From Felis catus (Eukaryota): DNA of 64,000 nt. A program made the position numbers and the translations under genes. The DNA is taken from assembly GCF_018350175.1 (NCBI RefSeq), contig NC_058368.1:100132001-100196000 (forward strand), in the 5' to 3' direction. Every line of letters begins with the position of its first letter. Within the stretch, counting starts at the first letter, position 1. Shown here one piece after another: positions 25,301 to 39,456 of the stretch. Under the pieces are notes generated by a model that did not search any database, was not told where the DNA came from, and saw only the letters and a program-made list of their open reading frames with translations.

Positions 25301-25799
25301 ACTTCTTAAAAACTTTTCTTCTTTAAGATTTAGGGAGCAGAGTAACAAGAGACTGCAGAAGAGGTGTGATGGATGTAAATAAGAGAAAGAAAATATCAGG
25401 AAATACCCAGAATGATTCTATATAGGCCATTTTAGGAAATAGGTAATGAAAAAAACAATTCCATATCAGTTAACTTTTGCTATATAACAAACCAACCCAA
25501 AACATTGTGCTTAAAAGAATGCACATACTGTTATTTCACAATCTTTGAGTTAGCTGAGTGTTTCTTCTGCTATTTTCACATGAAGTCACTCATATTCAGT
25601 TATATCTTTTTCTCAGAGATATATATGATACATACTTTATTCTGTCTGTGAATGAATCATTTTATTGGGGAAAATAATTTTGACCATAAAAAAATCTATT
25701 GAAAAGAACATGAATAATTCATTTCACATAATCAGAATATTGAAAATGGCCAGACGTTTTCAAAAATATTCATTTGTTCTTTCATCTAAAATATTAATA

Positions 25800-26520
25800 C
25801 TTCAAATAGTTATGGTAATTCATTAAAAGATGTGCCCCTGTCCACATCACCAATTGTCTCTCTCTTAGGCAATAACTTCCTAACCAATTTTCCCATATTC
25901 ACCCATGCCCACCATTCACATATTCCATACAGCAGCCAGGATGATTTTATTACAAACACACTTCTGACCATATCATTCCTGTCATTACAATGGTTTAGGA
26001 GAATCTCACACCCCTTAAGATAAAGTGGAAACCCCATGCCTTATGGACCCTACTCTTGCCTACCTCTCGGGTTCAAGGGTACCACCACCCCCTTCTCCTC
26101 ACAGTGCTATGTCCTTTACACCTGCTACTATTTGTTGCAATTTCCAGGCCAAACTGCCCTTTTTCCAACAGGACCTTTTTTACATAAACCACACTTCCCT
26201 CTTCTTTTTTGCTAACCAGCCTCATCAATTCCTTCAAGTCTCAATTCAGAATTTGTTTCTGGAGACTTTCCCTTAACCTCTAGACAATGTCAGTTCCTTA
26301 TCTTTTGCACATATATAGTATACTGCCCTTCTTTGTAAAGCTGGCCTCACCTGTAATTACATGTTCAGTGTCTGTCTTCCCAACTGAACTATCATTTCCA
26401 TAAGGATATAAATTTCATCAATATATTCATCCAAGCTGTTTATTTTCATCTGTAGGAATGATGACTTTATGTATTGTGTATGGACCAAGTACAATATCTG
26501 TTCTCAATACATGTTAGTAA
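25800..26520. mobile_element. LINE-2-like relic
   Basis: Degenerate L2 3'-region-like pyrimidine-rich sequence; assignment by eye. Confidence 0.45.
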
Positions 26521-27517
26521 GCATTAATCATAAGAATACTTTGTCTCAGCTTGGTATGGTTTCAACAAACATGTATTACACTCCCAGAATCAGCGTACCA
26601 AATGAAAAATCCCTTCAGTTGTCTCAGCATGGGAACTTGTGTTTTCTCACTTGGGAGAGAAATGGGCATAATTTAACCAGACTAGTAGAGCATCTGCTCC
26701 AGAGGTCTTGGGCTGAAGCAATTGGAAGCTTAATCTCACTAAAATGACAGGGTCTTGGCGGAGGTGAATGGGAAATCTTGCCCAATACTTGACCACACCA
26801 AGCTGACTTTAGTCAAGCTGTCACATTTACATGTACCAATACCTACATGTTTCTTAACTTAAAAAGGGTAAGGGTAACTTAATTGTAAACAAAGCAGTTC
26901 TATAATAAAGAATTTTAGCCTTATCCTATTTAAATTTTCATTTATAAATTGAATAATTCATTCAACTGAACTGTTATTCACATCTTCTTAGGACTTTGGA
27001 TATTTTGTGCAGTGCCCTTTATTGAGAATGGTGTTTAGGCAGCTCAACAATAACTATGTGATGAATTGTAAATGAGATGAGAAGAAACTTGAAGATGATC
27101 TAACAGTAAACTGCAAAGCTTATGTGGCAAAATACATTCATGAGCATTGAGATAGGGTTCCTAAAAATGCTGTGACTTGTCCTGGGAAATAACAAAGCCC
27201 TGCTAAGAGCAGTTCCAGCTGCATTCCAAATGGTGATATTTTCATATGTGAAGTGCTAAATGATCATTTAGTGATCTTTCAAGCAAACCACAGAGGAAAT
27301 CCACAAATTACTACAGCAGAATTTGTGTTGACACTTATGTACACAATCAAATAGGCTTTTCTCTAAGTGTCTCCATTAAAGGCTTGCTTTCAAAATGGAA
27401 AAATATTGCCTAGAAGTAGCTATAGGAACAAAGAGTAAACAGAAACAGAAATTACTGCTTTTTTTTTTATCAATACATTTTTACTGTGCTATAACCTTGT
27501 ACTAATAATCAGTTTTA

Positions 27518-27668
27518 GGGCACCTGAGTGGCTCAGTCAGTTAATCGTCTGATTTCAGCACAAGTCATGATCTCATGGTTCGTGGGTTCGAGCCCTGCAC
27601 CAGGCTCTGTGCTGACAGCTCAGAGCCTACAGCATGTTTTAGATTCTGTGTCTCCATCTCTTTCTGCA

Positions 27669-27716
<48 letters not shown>

Positions 27717-27735
27717 AAATAAACCTTAAAAAAAA
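27518..27735 (+). mobile_element. SINEC
   Basis: Head, (CT)n, tail; TSD AATAATCAGTTT. Confidence 0.92.
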
Positions 27736-30700
27736 CAATAATCAGTTTAAATAAGTGATTAGTGAGAATGAATTGACAGAATTTGCTCATTTCTGTATCG
27801 ATAAATGGGTATTATTATTAAGTCATTTATTTCTGGAAGGAAATAATATACTTTGCTGATGATACTAAGGGACCACTAAATAAAATACTGCTACAATGTG
27901 CTGCATTATTCTGAATCACCTCTAACAAAAAGATTTTTCTGTCATGCTGGTACTCTAAATTAATTTCTGAGAACAGAGATCTGTATTAAATATTCAATGT
28001 TTATTTCGTATTGGCTAGAGATTGAGACTGTGTGATGTCTAAAGAGAAAACTATAAGAAAACTGTCTATGTCTTAAGAATGTACCCCCTATTTTGACATT
28101 TTCCTTGGAGATTGACTAAAGTTTCTAATTGCTTAATTGCTATTAGGATGATTGACTATTGTTTATTGAATTGACATCCTGCTGAGTTGGCATGGAGCCC
28201 AAGTTCTATTTGAGTCACGTGTTAAGGACCACTTTTTAGAATTTTGAGGCTAGTATATAATAATTACTAGAACTACATACTTCCCCATGCCTGCCATACT
28301 ATTAACAGAATGGTTATAAATGAGAAAATGGTCCCAAAAAAGTGCCAGTAGTTTTTAGAGTAATACTGAAAGCCAGTGAAATGTGGAGACGTACTGGGCA
28401 AAATGTCAATTTTGGGGACAGGATGCTCTCATGTAGAACTAGATTTATGTAGAGTTGTAGTGAGGGGATCTCTGAGCTTGGTTTTTAATCCATTCTAAAC
28501 AGACTCTCGGTTGCTTGGTATTTGTCTCAACTTTTTGTAACAATTTTTCCTAAAAGAAAAGAAGACAATAGCAGACATGCTTTTATTATTTAAATGTTTC
28601 TACTCCCCTTCTGAAAATTTCCTGTCCTCAGAACATGGCTTCCACTGGGACAGTTGAAGTCAAACAGCTTCTGGATTTACTGATGCAGGCTACTTACTAC
28701 TAGGAATTTGAGAAATTCTTGGGAGGTGTCTCACCAGGAACCCAAGAAGTGGAATTTTAGGTGTGGCTAGCAAATGACTTAAAACTGCTTTAGTAGACCT
28801 CCTTGCAGACAGAAAAATGTTTTCTATAGGTCTTGTGGGCTTGAAGCGACACAATACTTTCCTTTCCATAGTGGACTTCCTCACTGCTCAGGAATGAGTG
28901 TATGGCAGGATGGAGTGTTGCTGGAGGTCATATGTCAAGTTCCTAACTGTGAGTGGGGAGAAACTGCTCTTGCGTTCCTACAGAAAACCACTGAAATGAG
29001 TCATCCTCTAGGGGGCAATAGAGTCTGATATAGGCTCATAATTGCCAGGATCAAGTTCCTGAGGGAAGGACTGATTAGGAAGAATTGTTAAACAGTCTTA
29101 GACTGGAGAATACATTAAGCAGGCTTCATGTTTACTATAGTCACTCAGAATCTCCTTGAATGTTTGTGGTTAGTGAAGTAGACCATGAGCTGAGTGTAGC
29201 TGCCCTACAAGAGCATTACACATGAAGGAGGCTAAACCCCAGATCTAGGGAGGACTTCAAGAGAAAGGGATGAGGCAAGGCTGACTCAGCCTCGTTAGGT
29301 GCGTTGGTTTATTTAAAGTGAGGTTTCTAACCATATCTTACTAGAGGAGTGCCAGGTTGGGAAGGTCCTCCTCATTTAACAGCAGTATAATTTTTCAGCT
29401 ACCCAATTCCCTACAGTTGATAGTACCTAGAATAGGAGAAAAAGTGCTCTGGACCACTTCTGATTCCCCAAAACTTTGATGGCTCCTCATGGTCCCATAC
29501 TGCCTCACTTCTGCTGGTGCAGGTTATCTAGTGGTCACATGCCCGTGTAATAGAAAGAATTCTGTGAAATCACCTTTATCCTCGTGTTACTGAAAATAAG
29601 GACACTGGGTGGGCGTTAAAATCCAACTGCTGATGCATCTACTTTCCAGTTTTATAGGAGAAACTTAAATGGACACAGGCGTGCTACACTTTCCTCAGCA
29701 CATGGTAGTAACCTGTCTGACCCAAGCAAAGAAGAAAACCAGGTTGGCGTGTGATGCCTGGTGGTGGTGAGTTGTACAAACACATATGGCATTCTCCTCT
29801 TGGTAGTGGGAATAAAGATCTAAGTGGGCCAAAGGTAACAGAGAAAATAGAAGAGTGTACTTGGCAAATATCCAGAGACTCCCTCATCACTTTGTTCTCT
29901 TCCAAGGAGAAAAAAAAGTCTTACTGGTTGCATCTCATTTTCTATGCAGAGTTTGAGTGATGGGATGATTCTTATGAGAAAAATAGTCAAAGCACAGGAC
30001 AAGAGTAAACATGACAGAGGGAAAGTCATGCAGCAGGGACAGTCTGTCTATGCAGCTCGAGCTGTTGGTTATACACTGGGTGCAGGGTCCCTCTCCTCCA
30101 GAGGAGGAAGATGAGAGAGAGGATAGCAGTGGAAAGACCATGCTGAGGGGCTGAGATGAAATTTATAAAGAGATGAGGAGTAAGAAAACTATCCATTAAA
30201 AAGAATGTTAAGTCATGTGGCTTGTATTAACAACACACTATCTGTTTGTAGGCATTTTCCCCCACCAAGAGACTTACTGAAGATTCCAACTGCTTTTATT
30301 TACTATTTGAAAATAGGCCATTTGGGGACAGGGACTCAATTACATTTAGATTATAATTAAATAACATACTGATTTAGAATACTATTATCTACTTATTTGC
30401 CAAAATTACTTCTTCTAGCTCTCTCTTCACTTTATGTTTTGATAATAATACACTTTCCTAAGTAGCAATAGATCTGAGAAATATTTTAGAAATGTATTTT
30501 TAAATCAATAAAAAAATAAAGTTCCAGCCGGGTATTACCAGGCTGCCTGCCAAGTACAGTAATTGTTACTTGTGGAATTTTCTTAGAATGGCCAAGGCAT
30601 TTGACTCAATAACTAAAACTCTGGAGCGAGTAGCTGGGTGGAGACATTCGTCTGTTGGAAAGTTGGTGGGTAGGTCAAGCCCATATGCTGGAAGAAGAGA

Positions 30701-31456
30701 TTTATGGATTCACTCAGCACATCCAAGAAAAGGAGTATATGTTTTCTGCAAATTGGACATTGAATTTCACTCACCTATTGCTATTAGTTCCCCTTTTCTC
30801 TTAACCATTTCTTTGCCTTTTTTTCCTCTACTCCTCTTTTTGGTTGTTATTCTCTATACTAGAACAATACACTGTTTATTAACTTATACTCTTTTAGATG
30901 TGTAAGTACAAAGACCACAGTTAGGTCAAGTTAAGAAGGGTAAGTCAATTATTTAAGAACACACATGGACCGGGACTAACCCCAGAGCTGTGAGGAACTC
31001 GAGAAATGCAGAGGAATGGAGGCAGTGACAAGGACCGTAGGCATCACTGCTAAACCACGTGATACGGGCTACACAGTTCTCAGTCACAGTGTCCAAGTCT
31101 GAGCTTTGACCTTTTTCTCTCTGAATTTCCTCGTTGCCCTTTCCAATTTGGCAGCGTGTGGACCAAACCTGGGGAAAGGCAGACTATAAAGGTAAGCACC
31201 TCAGCAGCAAATGGTATATACCCTGAGCTCCAAAGGTCATTTCAAAAAGTTCACTTGTGAATGGGCTCTTTTATCTCCAAAGTACTCGTTGGCATGTGCC
31301 CAAGTGTAGAGAACAATTAAAGAACAATTTTAAATTTTAAATAGTTTTACAGGATTGCACCTTTTTGAGGTTCTGAATGTGGTTAGAATACCTTTTCCTC
31401 CCCCTGGGTATTTCAGTCTATTGAACATCTTTGTGAACAATTCATTTTTGCTTTTA

Positions 31457-31683
31457 TTTTTAATTTTTTTAAAGTTTCTTCCTTTATTTTGAGAGAAAGA
31501 GAACATGCATGTGTCCACATGATCAGGGTAAGGAAGAGATAGAGGGAGACAAAGAATGCCACGCAGGCTCCACACTGTTAGCACAGAGCCTGATGTGGGG
31601 CTTGATCTCACAAACTATATGATCATGATCTGAGCCCAAATCAAGAGTTGGATGTTCAGTGGATGGAGTCACCCAGGCACCCC
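31457..31683 (-). mobile_element. SINEC
   Basis: Reverse SINEC; TSD TCATTTTTGCTTTTA. Confidence 0.9.
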
Positions 31684-33435
31684 TCATTTTTGCTTTTAAG
31701 AGTCAAACCATTAACGTAAGCAACTAAGAAGTACAAAGTCTTTCTCTGACTAATCCATACTTAAAAAAATTCTAAACCATGTAATGTGGTTGTGGGTCTC
31801 TCATCAGAGAATTTGTACATATGTGGCACCACTTGCCCAGGGACCTCGGTCTTTATAGGGGCTTCAGGGCACCTCTGGGTTCTCATCCATTCTATTTTTC
31901 CCTTGCACATAATCCACTTTAATATCCATTATTTTGGAAAATTGTTATATGTAAACAGGATATTATCTGGCTTCTTTGTCAGTTAATGTAAATAAAAAGA
32001 TCAATACATTTTCTAGGACACAGGTAAAACAAAAAATGCTCAAGGAAATAGGAGTCCTCCCTTACATCCGTGGTATCTGAAATATTTCCTTACCTCCTCC
32101 ATTGAGACATAGGAAGCCTACCCTCAAAACTACTTTAAATAAATGTAAACATTATTTAAAAGGATGTTTGTAGAACCTTTCAGTTCATAAATCCCTAGAA
32201 GTTAATTTACTTTGCTTAGAATTCAGCCCTTGACCACATCAGGAAGAAAGCTCAAGAAGTAGTTTAGGCTCAACCCAATGGCAGTTAGCTGGGAAAAAAC
32301 ATGGTGCTTAAGCCGATGCTAGGCTCAGAATGCAGCTTATTAACATTTTGTAACTGCGAGGCATCCAAGAACTACATTTATTCCAAATCCAAGAAGAAAC
32401 GAGGTCATCTGTTTCAGGCTTGTTAGAATTTTGCTTGGGGATTTTGTCAGGGGTGCGGTTCCCCCATCGTGAGCCTTCCTGAACCGCTGAGGTAGGAAAG
32501 CTAACATCTACACCTTTCAGAGCCCCCTGAAGCTGGGGTTCGAGAATTTGTGCAGTCAGATGGGCTGCACAAAACCCGACACTGGGGCAAGGCAGGGTTT
32601 CTCCCTTTTCCGTTTCTGCTGAGTTTGCTGGCAAGAGTGATGATGTGGTCACGGGATCGATTCTGTAGCTTTATGGGTCTAGGGCTAGTAGAGAGCCCAG
32701 GAGGGGCAAGATGGCTCTGGAGCCGACAATACTTTCCAGATCCCTGGACTGCTGCTAAGGTACGTGTTCCCAGAGCAAAAGCTCCAGGGACGGCTTCCAG
32801 ATTCCCAGCTTTTCTAAATGTGGTCTAGGTAACGGCGCCTTTGGCGAGCCAGTGTTACAGAATCATTCTGAAATTATTGCTGGAGGCCAGGCTAGCATCC
32901 AATTCTCCATCTCTTTCAAGGATTTTATAAAGACCGAACTCCCTGCTTTAAGTTACATCCTGCTTAAAATGGAGAGTTTTCTGTTATCTCTGACTGTATC
33001 CTGATTGACAATAGCAGTGGAGGCAATAGGTTAGATATCTAGCCAATTTGGGGCTCACGGAAATGAGGACTGACTTAACCATGAAATGATGGAATAATAA
33101 TAATCCACAGCACCTGGAATAAAGCGCCTACAGAGAATATAGCTTTCATAACCGAGTGATAAGGGCCATGGCACAGTATGACATGAGGAATAGGGGTTAA
33201 ACTGGCTACTGAAAAGTGCACTGGCAAGATTAAAGAAATGAGAAATTGAGGGCTTTAAATTTTCCACTCAGTATGGCTAGAGAGCCAGGGATTTTTTTAG
33301 CCTTAAACAAATTTTCTTTTTGTGGTTGTTGGTACAGAAATCAATCACAGAGTCTGACCCTACAGCCTGTCAAATTACTCCATAGGTTGAATTCAAAGAC
33401 TTGCCAGATTTCTTATGTTAAAATGCATCGTTTGA

Positions 33436-33912
33436 GGGGCGCCTGGGTGGCGCAGTCGGTAAAGCGTCCGACTTCAGCCAGGTCACGATCTCGCGGTCCG
33501 GGAGTTCGAGCCCCGCGTCAGGCTCTGGGCTGATGGCTCAGAGCCTGGAGCCTGTTTCTGATTCTGTGTCTCCCTCTCTCTCTGCCCCTCCCCCGTTCAT
33601 GCTCTGTCTCTCTCTGTCCCAAAAATAAATAAAAAACGTTGAAAAAAAATTTAAAAAAATAAATAAATAAAAAAATAAAATAAAATGCATCGTTTGAGAG
33701 GTGGCTGGCTGGCTCAGTTGGTTAAGCATCCTACTTCAGCTCGGGTCATGATCTCACGGTTCGTGGGTTCAAGCCCTATGCCAGGCTCTGTGCTGACAGC
33801 CCAGAGCCTGGAGCCTGCTTCAGATTCTGTGTCTCCTTGCTCTCTGCCCCTCCCCTGCTTGTGCTCTCTCTCTGTCTCTCTTCCAAAAATAAATAAACAT
33901 TAAAAAATTTTA
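33436..33912 (+). mobile_element. Young SINEC (33436-33680) inserted at the 5' TSD of an older SINEC (33698-33912)
   Basis: TAAAATGCATCGTTTGAG at 33419 and 33681; diverged third copy AAAATACATTGTTTG after 33912. Confidence 0.94.
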
Positions 33913-34399
33913 AAAATACATTGTTTGGGAAGAGTAAGTTTCTAATATCCCAAACTAAAGCCCCTGACCTTCCCATGACAGCAGGTACAGCTCCTTCTAC
34001 CTAGTGTACTAGTCTTTCAGTGCTTTAAAAGCCTGTCATGACCTTTGCTGATGTAGTCACCCTTCCTGGGGATGCTAATTTGCCTCATGACCCATCCTAT
34101 GTACACCACCATAAGTAGAATCTAATCTCAGATACCAGAGGGTGCCAGTGACAAAGCCACACCTTAGAAACAAATGCTTTGCACTTCCAAACCCTGAAAA
34201 TCTTACTAAAGACCTAAAGAAATGTGCTGATGCTCACAAGATTTAGAGAACTCGCCAGGAACCTCACTGCACAGAAGGATCTGGCCTGGTAGAAGAAAGA
34301 AATGGCTTATTGAAGACAGTGCTTCTGGTGCTAGATGGAGCTCAACTTCTTGTGAGTTGGGGTCTACATAGAAGAGGAGGTGTCTTCCCACCAGTGCCC

Positions 34400-34715
34400 A
34401 ATGTATGTGCGGTCTAGGCAGGAAGGGGGGTTACTATTCATGGTATGTTGAGGACAATCTTGCCAAATTGTTGCTTTCTGTCTCAGTATGACTGGGGCAT
34501 GGAAAGCTCTGATTGGCCAGGTCTAATTGTCAGCCTCCGGTAGCAAACATGAAGTCCACTCAAAACACAGGGTTTGAGAATTGGGAAGATGGTCGTTCTC
34601 CAAAGGAATATGTGGATATGATTGCTAGAAGAAGGGAAAGCAACTGTTGTGTCATCTGGGAAGCTATTGCCCCATGTATACCACCTAGTGCCTGAAAACC
34701 TATCACAAGCCACTC
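34400..34715. mobile_element. MaLR (MLT-like) LTR fragment
   Basis: Degenerate MLT-like text (CAGGGTTTGAGAATTGGGAAGATGG...ACCTATCACA); by eye. Confidence 0.45.
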
Positions 34716-37700
34716 ATAACTAATATATTTAAGCTTTGTCCCTTTTAAAAATGGTGAGCACATTCTAACTTAGGGTCTTATCATCATTGTACAGATCCAA
34801 GGTTAAGTTGTCTGTCTAGACTAGTAGACATGAGACTTTATAGAGAGGTGTCTGGCCACTTTAAAGGAAAAGAAGTAAATCACGCACATGCTATGAAATT
34901 CAAAAGAATATTCAAGGAATATTCAATATTCAGTATTCACTATATTCAATATTCAATATATTCAATATTCAAGGAATATATGATGAGAAACAAATTTCCC
35001 TTACACCCCGGCCTTTCAAGATACCGGTTTATCTGCCACTCTGGTGACCCGGGGCCTGGGCTCCGTCCTCCTAGGGGGCATACCCCCACAGCTGGCTGTC
35101 TCTCTCGTTTCCATCCCAGGGGCAAACCCAAGGTGGAGGGCAGAGCTGGAGTGAGCACAGCAGAACAGAAGGTGGTGAATTCCCTTTCTTGGAGTAGCTT
35201 GTGTGAAGAAAACAGGTGGACAGCCTGGTGAGAGGGAATGCCAGATCCCATCCTTCCCCACGGCTAAGCCGCCCTCAGGCCAGCCCTGGCTGGGAGCCCA
35301 CCACTTCCTCCATGTCCATAAAGAGCTCCAGAGACATGCAGGAAAAGCCTCTCTCCTGCATCTGCTTGGACACACCAGCTCTCTAACCACAGAGAGGCCA
35401 CTTACAGACACTTCCTCCAGATACCTGGTAAGGGCTGGGCTCCAATTGCCATAACCCGTGAGAGAGGGAAGGAGCCGGGGCCGGGGGCAGGGGGCTAGTC
35501 TGTCATGGCTTGAAGCCCCAGAATTCTATCTTTTGTCTTTTCATCCTCTGAATATTTTCCCCAAGGCTCAGCTGGTCTTGAACACGCCTGCCAAGGAGTG
35601 ACTCGGGCAGCCAGTAACCACATGAAAAACCTTGCCTGTTGTTTTGACACTCGTGGCTCTTGGGAAGATGGCAACTGTTGGAAAGGATTGTATGCACTTC
35701 TGAGATTTTATGTACCTAATCTTTTAAAAATAGGCCCTGGGTTTGCTAAAGCGGATAATGTCACCTAGTTTGAACTTGATGAAAGCATAGAAAAGCAATT
35801 TAAACACTTGTATGGTTCTCCAAGCATAAGCACATGGACAGATTTTTGAGAGGATCTGCTGAAACCTCCTGAAATTTGTATTTCATCACAGATAAATGTG
35901 CATTGTTGTTTCAAGAACTTGATTATTAGATCATCAGGGCTGTAACTAACAACAAGAGTTTTACCTGCGCTTAAAAGTGAAATAAATAAATTAATAAGTA
36001 GGCAAAAATGCCTTAATAGTAATAAGATCTCTCAGAAAATGGATATTGTGGTATTGTGTACTCAAACTAGTAATACAAGTATACTTTTTATCATAAGAAT
36101 TCATAGTCCTTTCTGGATTTTTATGAGGTGCCCTATACAGGTAATTTGCTTTGCAATCTCTTTCTGCCCTAAATTGAAAAAATTAGGAATTAGGAAAGCA
36201 GGTACTGATGCGATTAATAGAAAATAGCATCTATGGTTCAATTTCATAGAATAATTTATGCAGTTAAGGGGAAGTGAGGGGTATTGGAGACAGCAATGTC
36301 GAGAAGTCAGACACAGCTGGTGCCATTTCTGCCTCTGCTGCTAATTGCTGTGTACTTTGGGACAGTTACTTAACATCTCTGAGCCTTTCAGTCTTGTCTT
36401 CTATAAAATGGAGACAATAAAAACTACTTTGGAAGATAATCGAGGGGACAGTGACACATAGCAGCCACTCCTTAAGGGCATTGTTTATTATCATTAATAA
36501 CAGGGAAGATAATTGTCAACCAAGAGCCAAATGTACTTTCTTTGAGTGTTAAATAATTAGATTCCTAAACTGGAGTTGGTTCCAGTTGCTATAATTGAAA
36601 TTAAGCCATCACGACTTTGGATTACAGACATTTCTTTATATCCAGTAGGACACAAATAGTTGGGAATTTCTAGGTAATTTTATAATATGAAATCAGTGCG
36701 TGGTGTGTGGAAATATTACCCCCAGAGTTGGACACATTGTGGGTCCCTGAGCAAGTCTTTCAGCTACACTCTGCCACAGTGTTATTATTTCTCAAATGTT
36801 GGAGATGGGGAGCTACTTTCAGGCTAAAATTAAAAGACATCATGGTTTTGTTTTGGAAAAATCGATTCATCAATATGTTTTTTTTCCATGGCTATAAAAA
36901 GTATTTGAAAACGAAACAAAATAAAGTAGTAAAAAATCTTGGTATGTATTTTTTCCTTGGATAATGAGGCTCTCATTCAAGTGCTCTTGGAAAAGATTAT
37001 TTTGTGCTCTGGTCAAGGTGGCCTACTTTTTTTGTGTGTTGAAGGGCTTTGCAATTAGAAGTTATTTGTATTTTCCCAGGGAGTGTCCACTTTGGGAAGA
37101 AAGAAAATTATATGCCTGAAGAATATGGTTGGCCAATTTATTGTTGTTTATGTCTGTGCTAGACCTAAAAGGAAATACATAGAATTCAAGTTTCTTTCTT
37201 TCTTTCTTTCTTTCTTTCTTTTTTTTTTTTTTGGCATGGGAAAGGGTGGTACAAATATAGTGTCACATTTTGTTTTATGGTAGAATATGACTTCCCCTGT
37301 TTTAACGTGTTTAGAGGTGAGTTCTTTGAACTCACAGTCTAAACCAAGCCACACATGTGTGTGTAAGAAATGGGAGGGAGAATGAATCAGAAGTGCTTCG
37401 GTACAGGAAGGTTTTAATAAGTATGTTCTCCCTCTTCTGAAAGATTGCTTAAATACATTTTAATTTGTCTAATGTGTTCATTTTGGGGGGGGGGGAATTG
37501 TCAATACAAATAAATTCTTCCCTCTGAAATTATTTTTTACTCATAGGGACTTCTTTCTGTGCCCTGTACTGGAAAATCAGTTATCTCGGCCACCTGGTAC
37601 ATTATATAGCACAGGACTGTCATCAAGAAGAAGGTGTGACTGCAATTATCCTGAGATCGAAAGGCGTTTGCAACGGACACATGAAATAAATTGATTTGTA

Positions 37701-39243
37701 AAGTACAGGTAGTAGAGTCCACGAGGAATCTGTTGTGGACAGGATTTTTTCATTCATTAGTGCTAGGTGCCCTCTCCTGGTCAGTGAGAGTAATGTTCAG
37801 GAGCTAATTTCTAGATTCTGCTTTGCTAGGCAGCATGAGGTGCCTCCGCACAGGTACTCCATGCCGGGCTTCCTATGTGAGGAAAGAAACCTGAAGGTAA
37901 GTGACCTCATTCCGTTCCACGTCCTCGCCCTTTTGATCATCAGACGGTGTTTGCTTAGCTGTGTGTGGTAGGGTAATATTTTCGTTTGTTACCTGCTAAT
38001 CTCTTCTCTTTTTCTCATGACTTCACCATCAATCGGAGAGCATCCCGAATATGGCCTGTTTGTACGTGACAAGAATGACAGGTGGAACAGGAAGCCAGCC
38101 TTGGGCAGTGAACACCTTCCCCACTGTCGCTGATACCACCACCTTTGTATAATAAGCCTCAGGAGCTTCAAACCCGGGGGGGGGGGGGGCAGTGAGGGGG
38201 GCATTCCAATGCCATTGTGTGTTAATCTTCAGTATCTGTGAAATCAGCTGAATTTTACTCATTTTACCCTAGTTTTTGGCATGAAATCACGTGAGATCTA
38301 TAACTGCAAAAGCCTATCTTCATAAGCCTGTTTAAAAACCATGATTGAATTATGGTCTCTCGTATCTCAACAGGAAAACACAATTTTCGATCACAGAGAT
38401 TAGCATACATACCAGGGTGAATGCACATGTCCTGTAGTCTACACTCTAGTCTAGGATAGAATTGAACTTCCAATCTCTTCTGAAAGGATGAGGTAAGTGT
38501 ATTCCCCCAGACAAAGAACAGGCTCGCTCCCTGTTTGTTAAAACAAAGTAGTGGATTCTCCAAGTTCACTGTTCTTTGGCTGTGATGCAAATCCACTGTA
38601 TGCATTGAATCCAGTGAGCATATTGGGTCATACTGGGGGGACGTGGGGACAAGGGAGCCAGTGTAAATATGCTGAACCTCATGCTGCTTGCTGTGCAATG
38701 AGTCATAGCGTCCTGTGTTTCTGATTCAGGATCTCAAGTCTTCAGCCAGCGCTCATGAAATATAACAACAGGCTCATTTGTTAGTTTGTAAGTGGGGTAA
38801 AATCAAATCGCTGACCTGACAATAGTTTCCTCCCCAAGTTGTTAATATTTTTATATTGTACCATTCTACAGTTAGTATTTTGCTGACCAATTCCAGAAGC
38901 CGATTGATTTATCAGTTTATCCCACTGTGATGAGAAGCTATCCTTGAAAATTAATTTTGAAGTAATGTGAAAATATGTTAATGTTATAAAAAGTGTATTT
39001 CCTCTTAGAAAGCAAAATTTGGGGAAAATTTTAAGAAAGCATTCTGTACACCTTGTTCTTCCAAACAGGAAAATAGATAAAATCCAGCACAGATTTGATA
39101 AATGTCTGTTTCTCACACTAAGATTCTGAAAATGTATCTGTTCATTTACCACAGATAACCCTAGTGCCCACCGCACTGTTACTGTTACAAAGGAGGTCCT
39201 CCATTAATGTTTGTTTAATGAATTTATGAACAGAAATACTCTA

Positions 39244-39456
39244 GAGGCGCCTGGGTGGCTCAGTTGGTTGAGTGTCCAACCTTGGCTCAGGTCATGATCT
39301 CACAGTTTGTGAGTTTGAGACCTGCATTGGGCTCTGTGCTGACAGCTCAGAGCCTGGAGCCTGCTTCAGATTCTGTGTCTCCCTCTCTCCCTGCCCCTCC
39401 CCTGCTCATGCTATCACTCTCTCTCAAAATAAACAAACATTAAAAAAAAATTTTTA
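39244..39456 (+). mobile_element. SINEC
   Basis: Canonical head, body and tail. Confidence 0.92.

Noticed and set aside
25427..25436. Perfect CArG box CCATTTTAGG
   Set aside because: Single 10-mer at the edge of L1-derived AT-rich DNA; expected by chance
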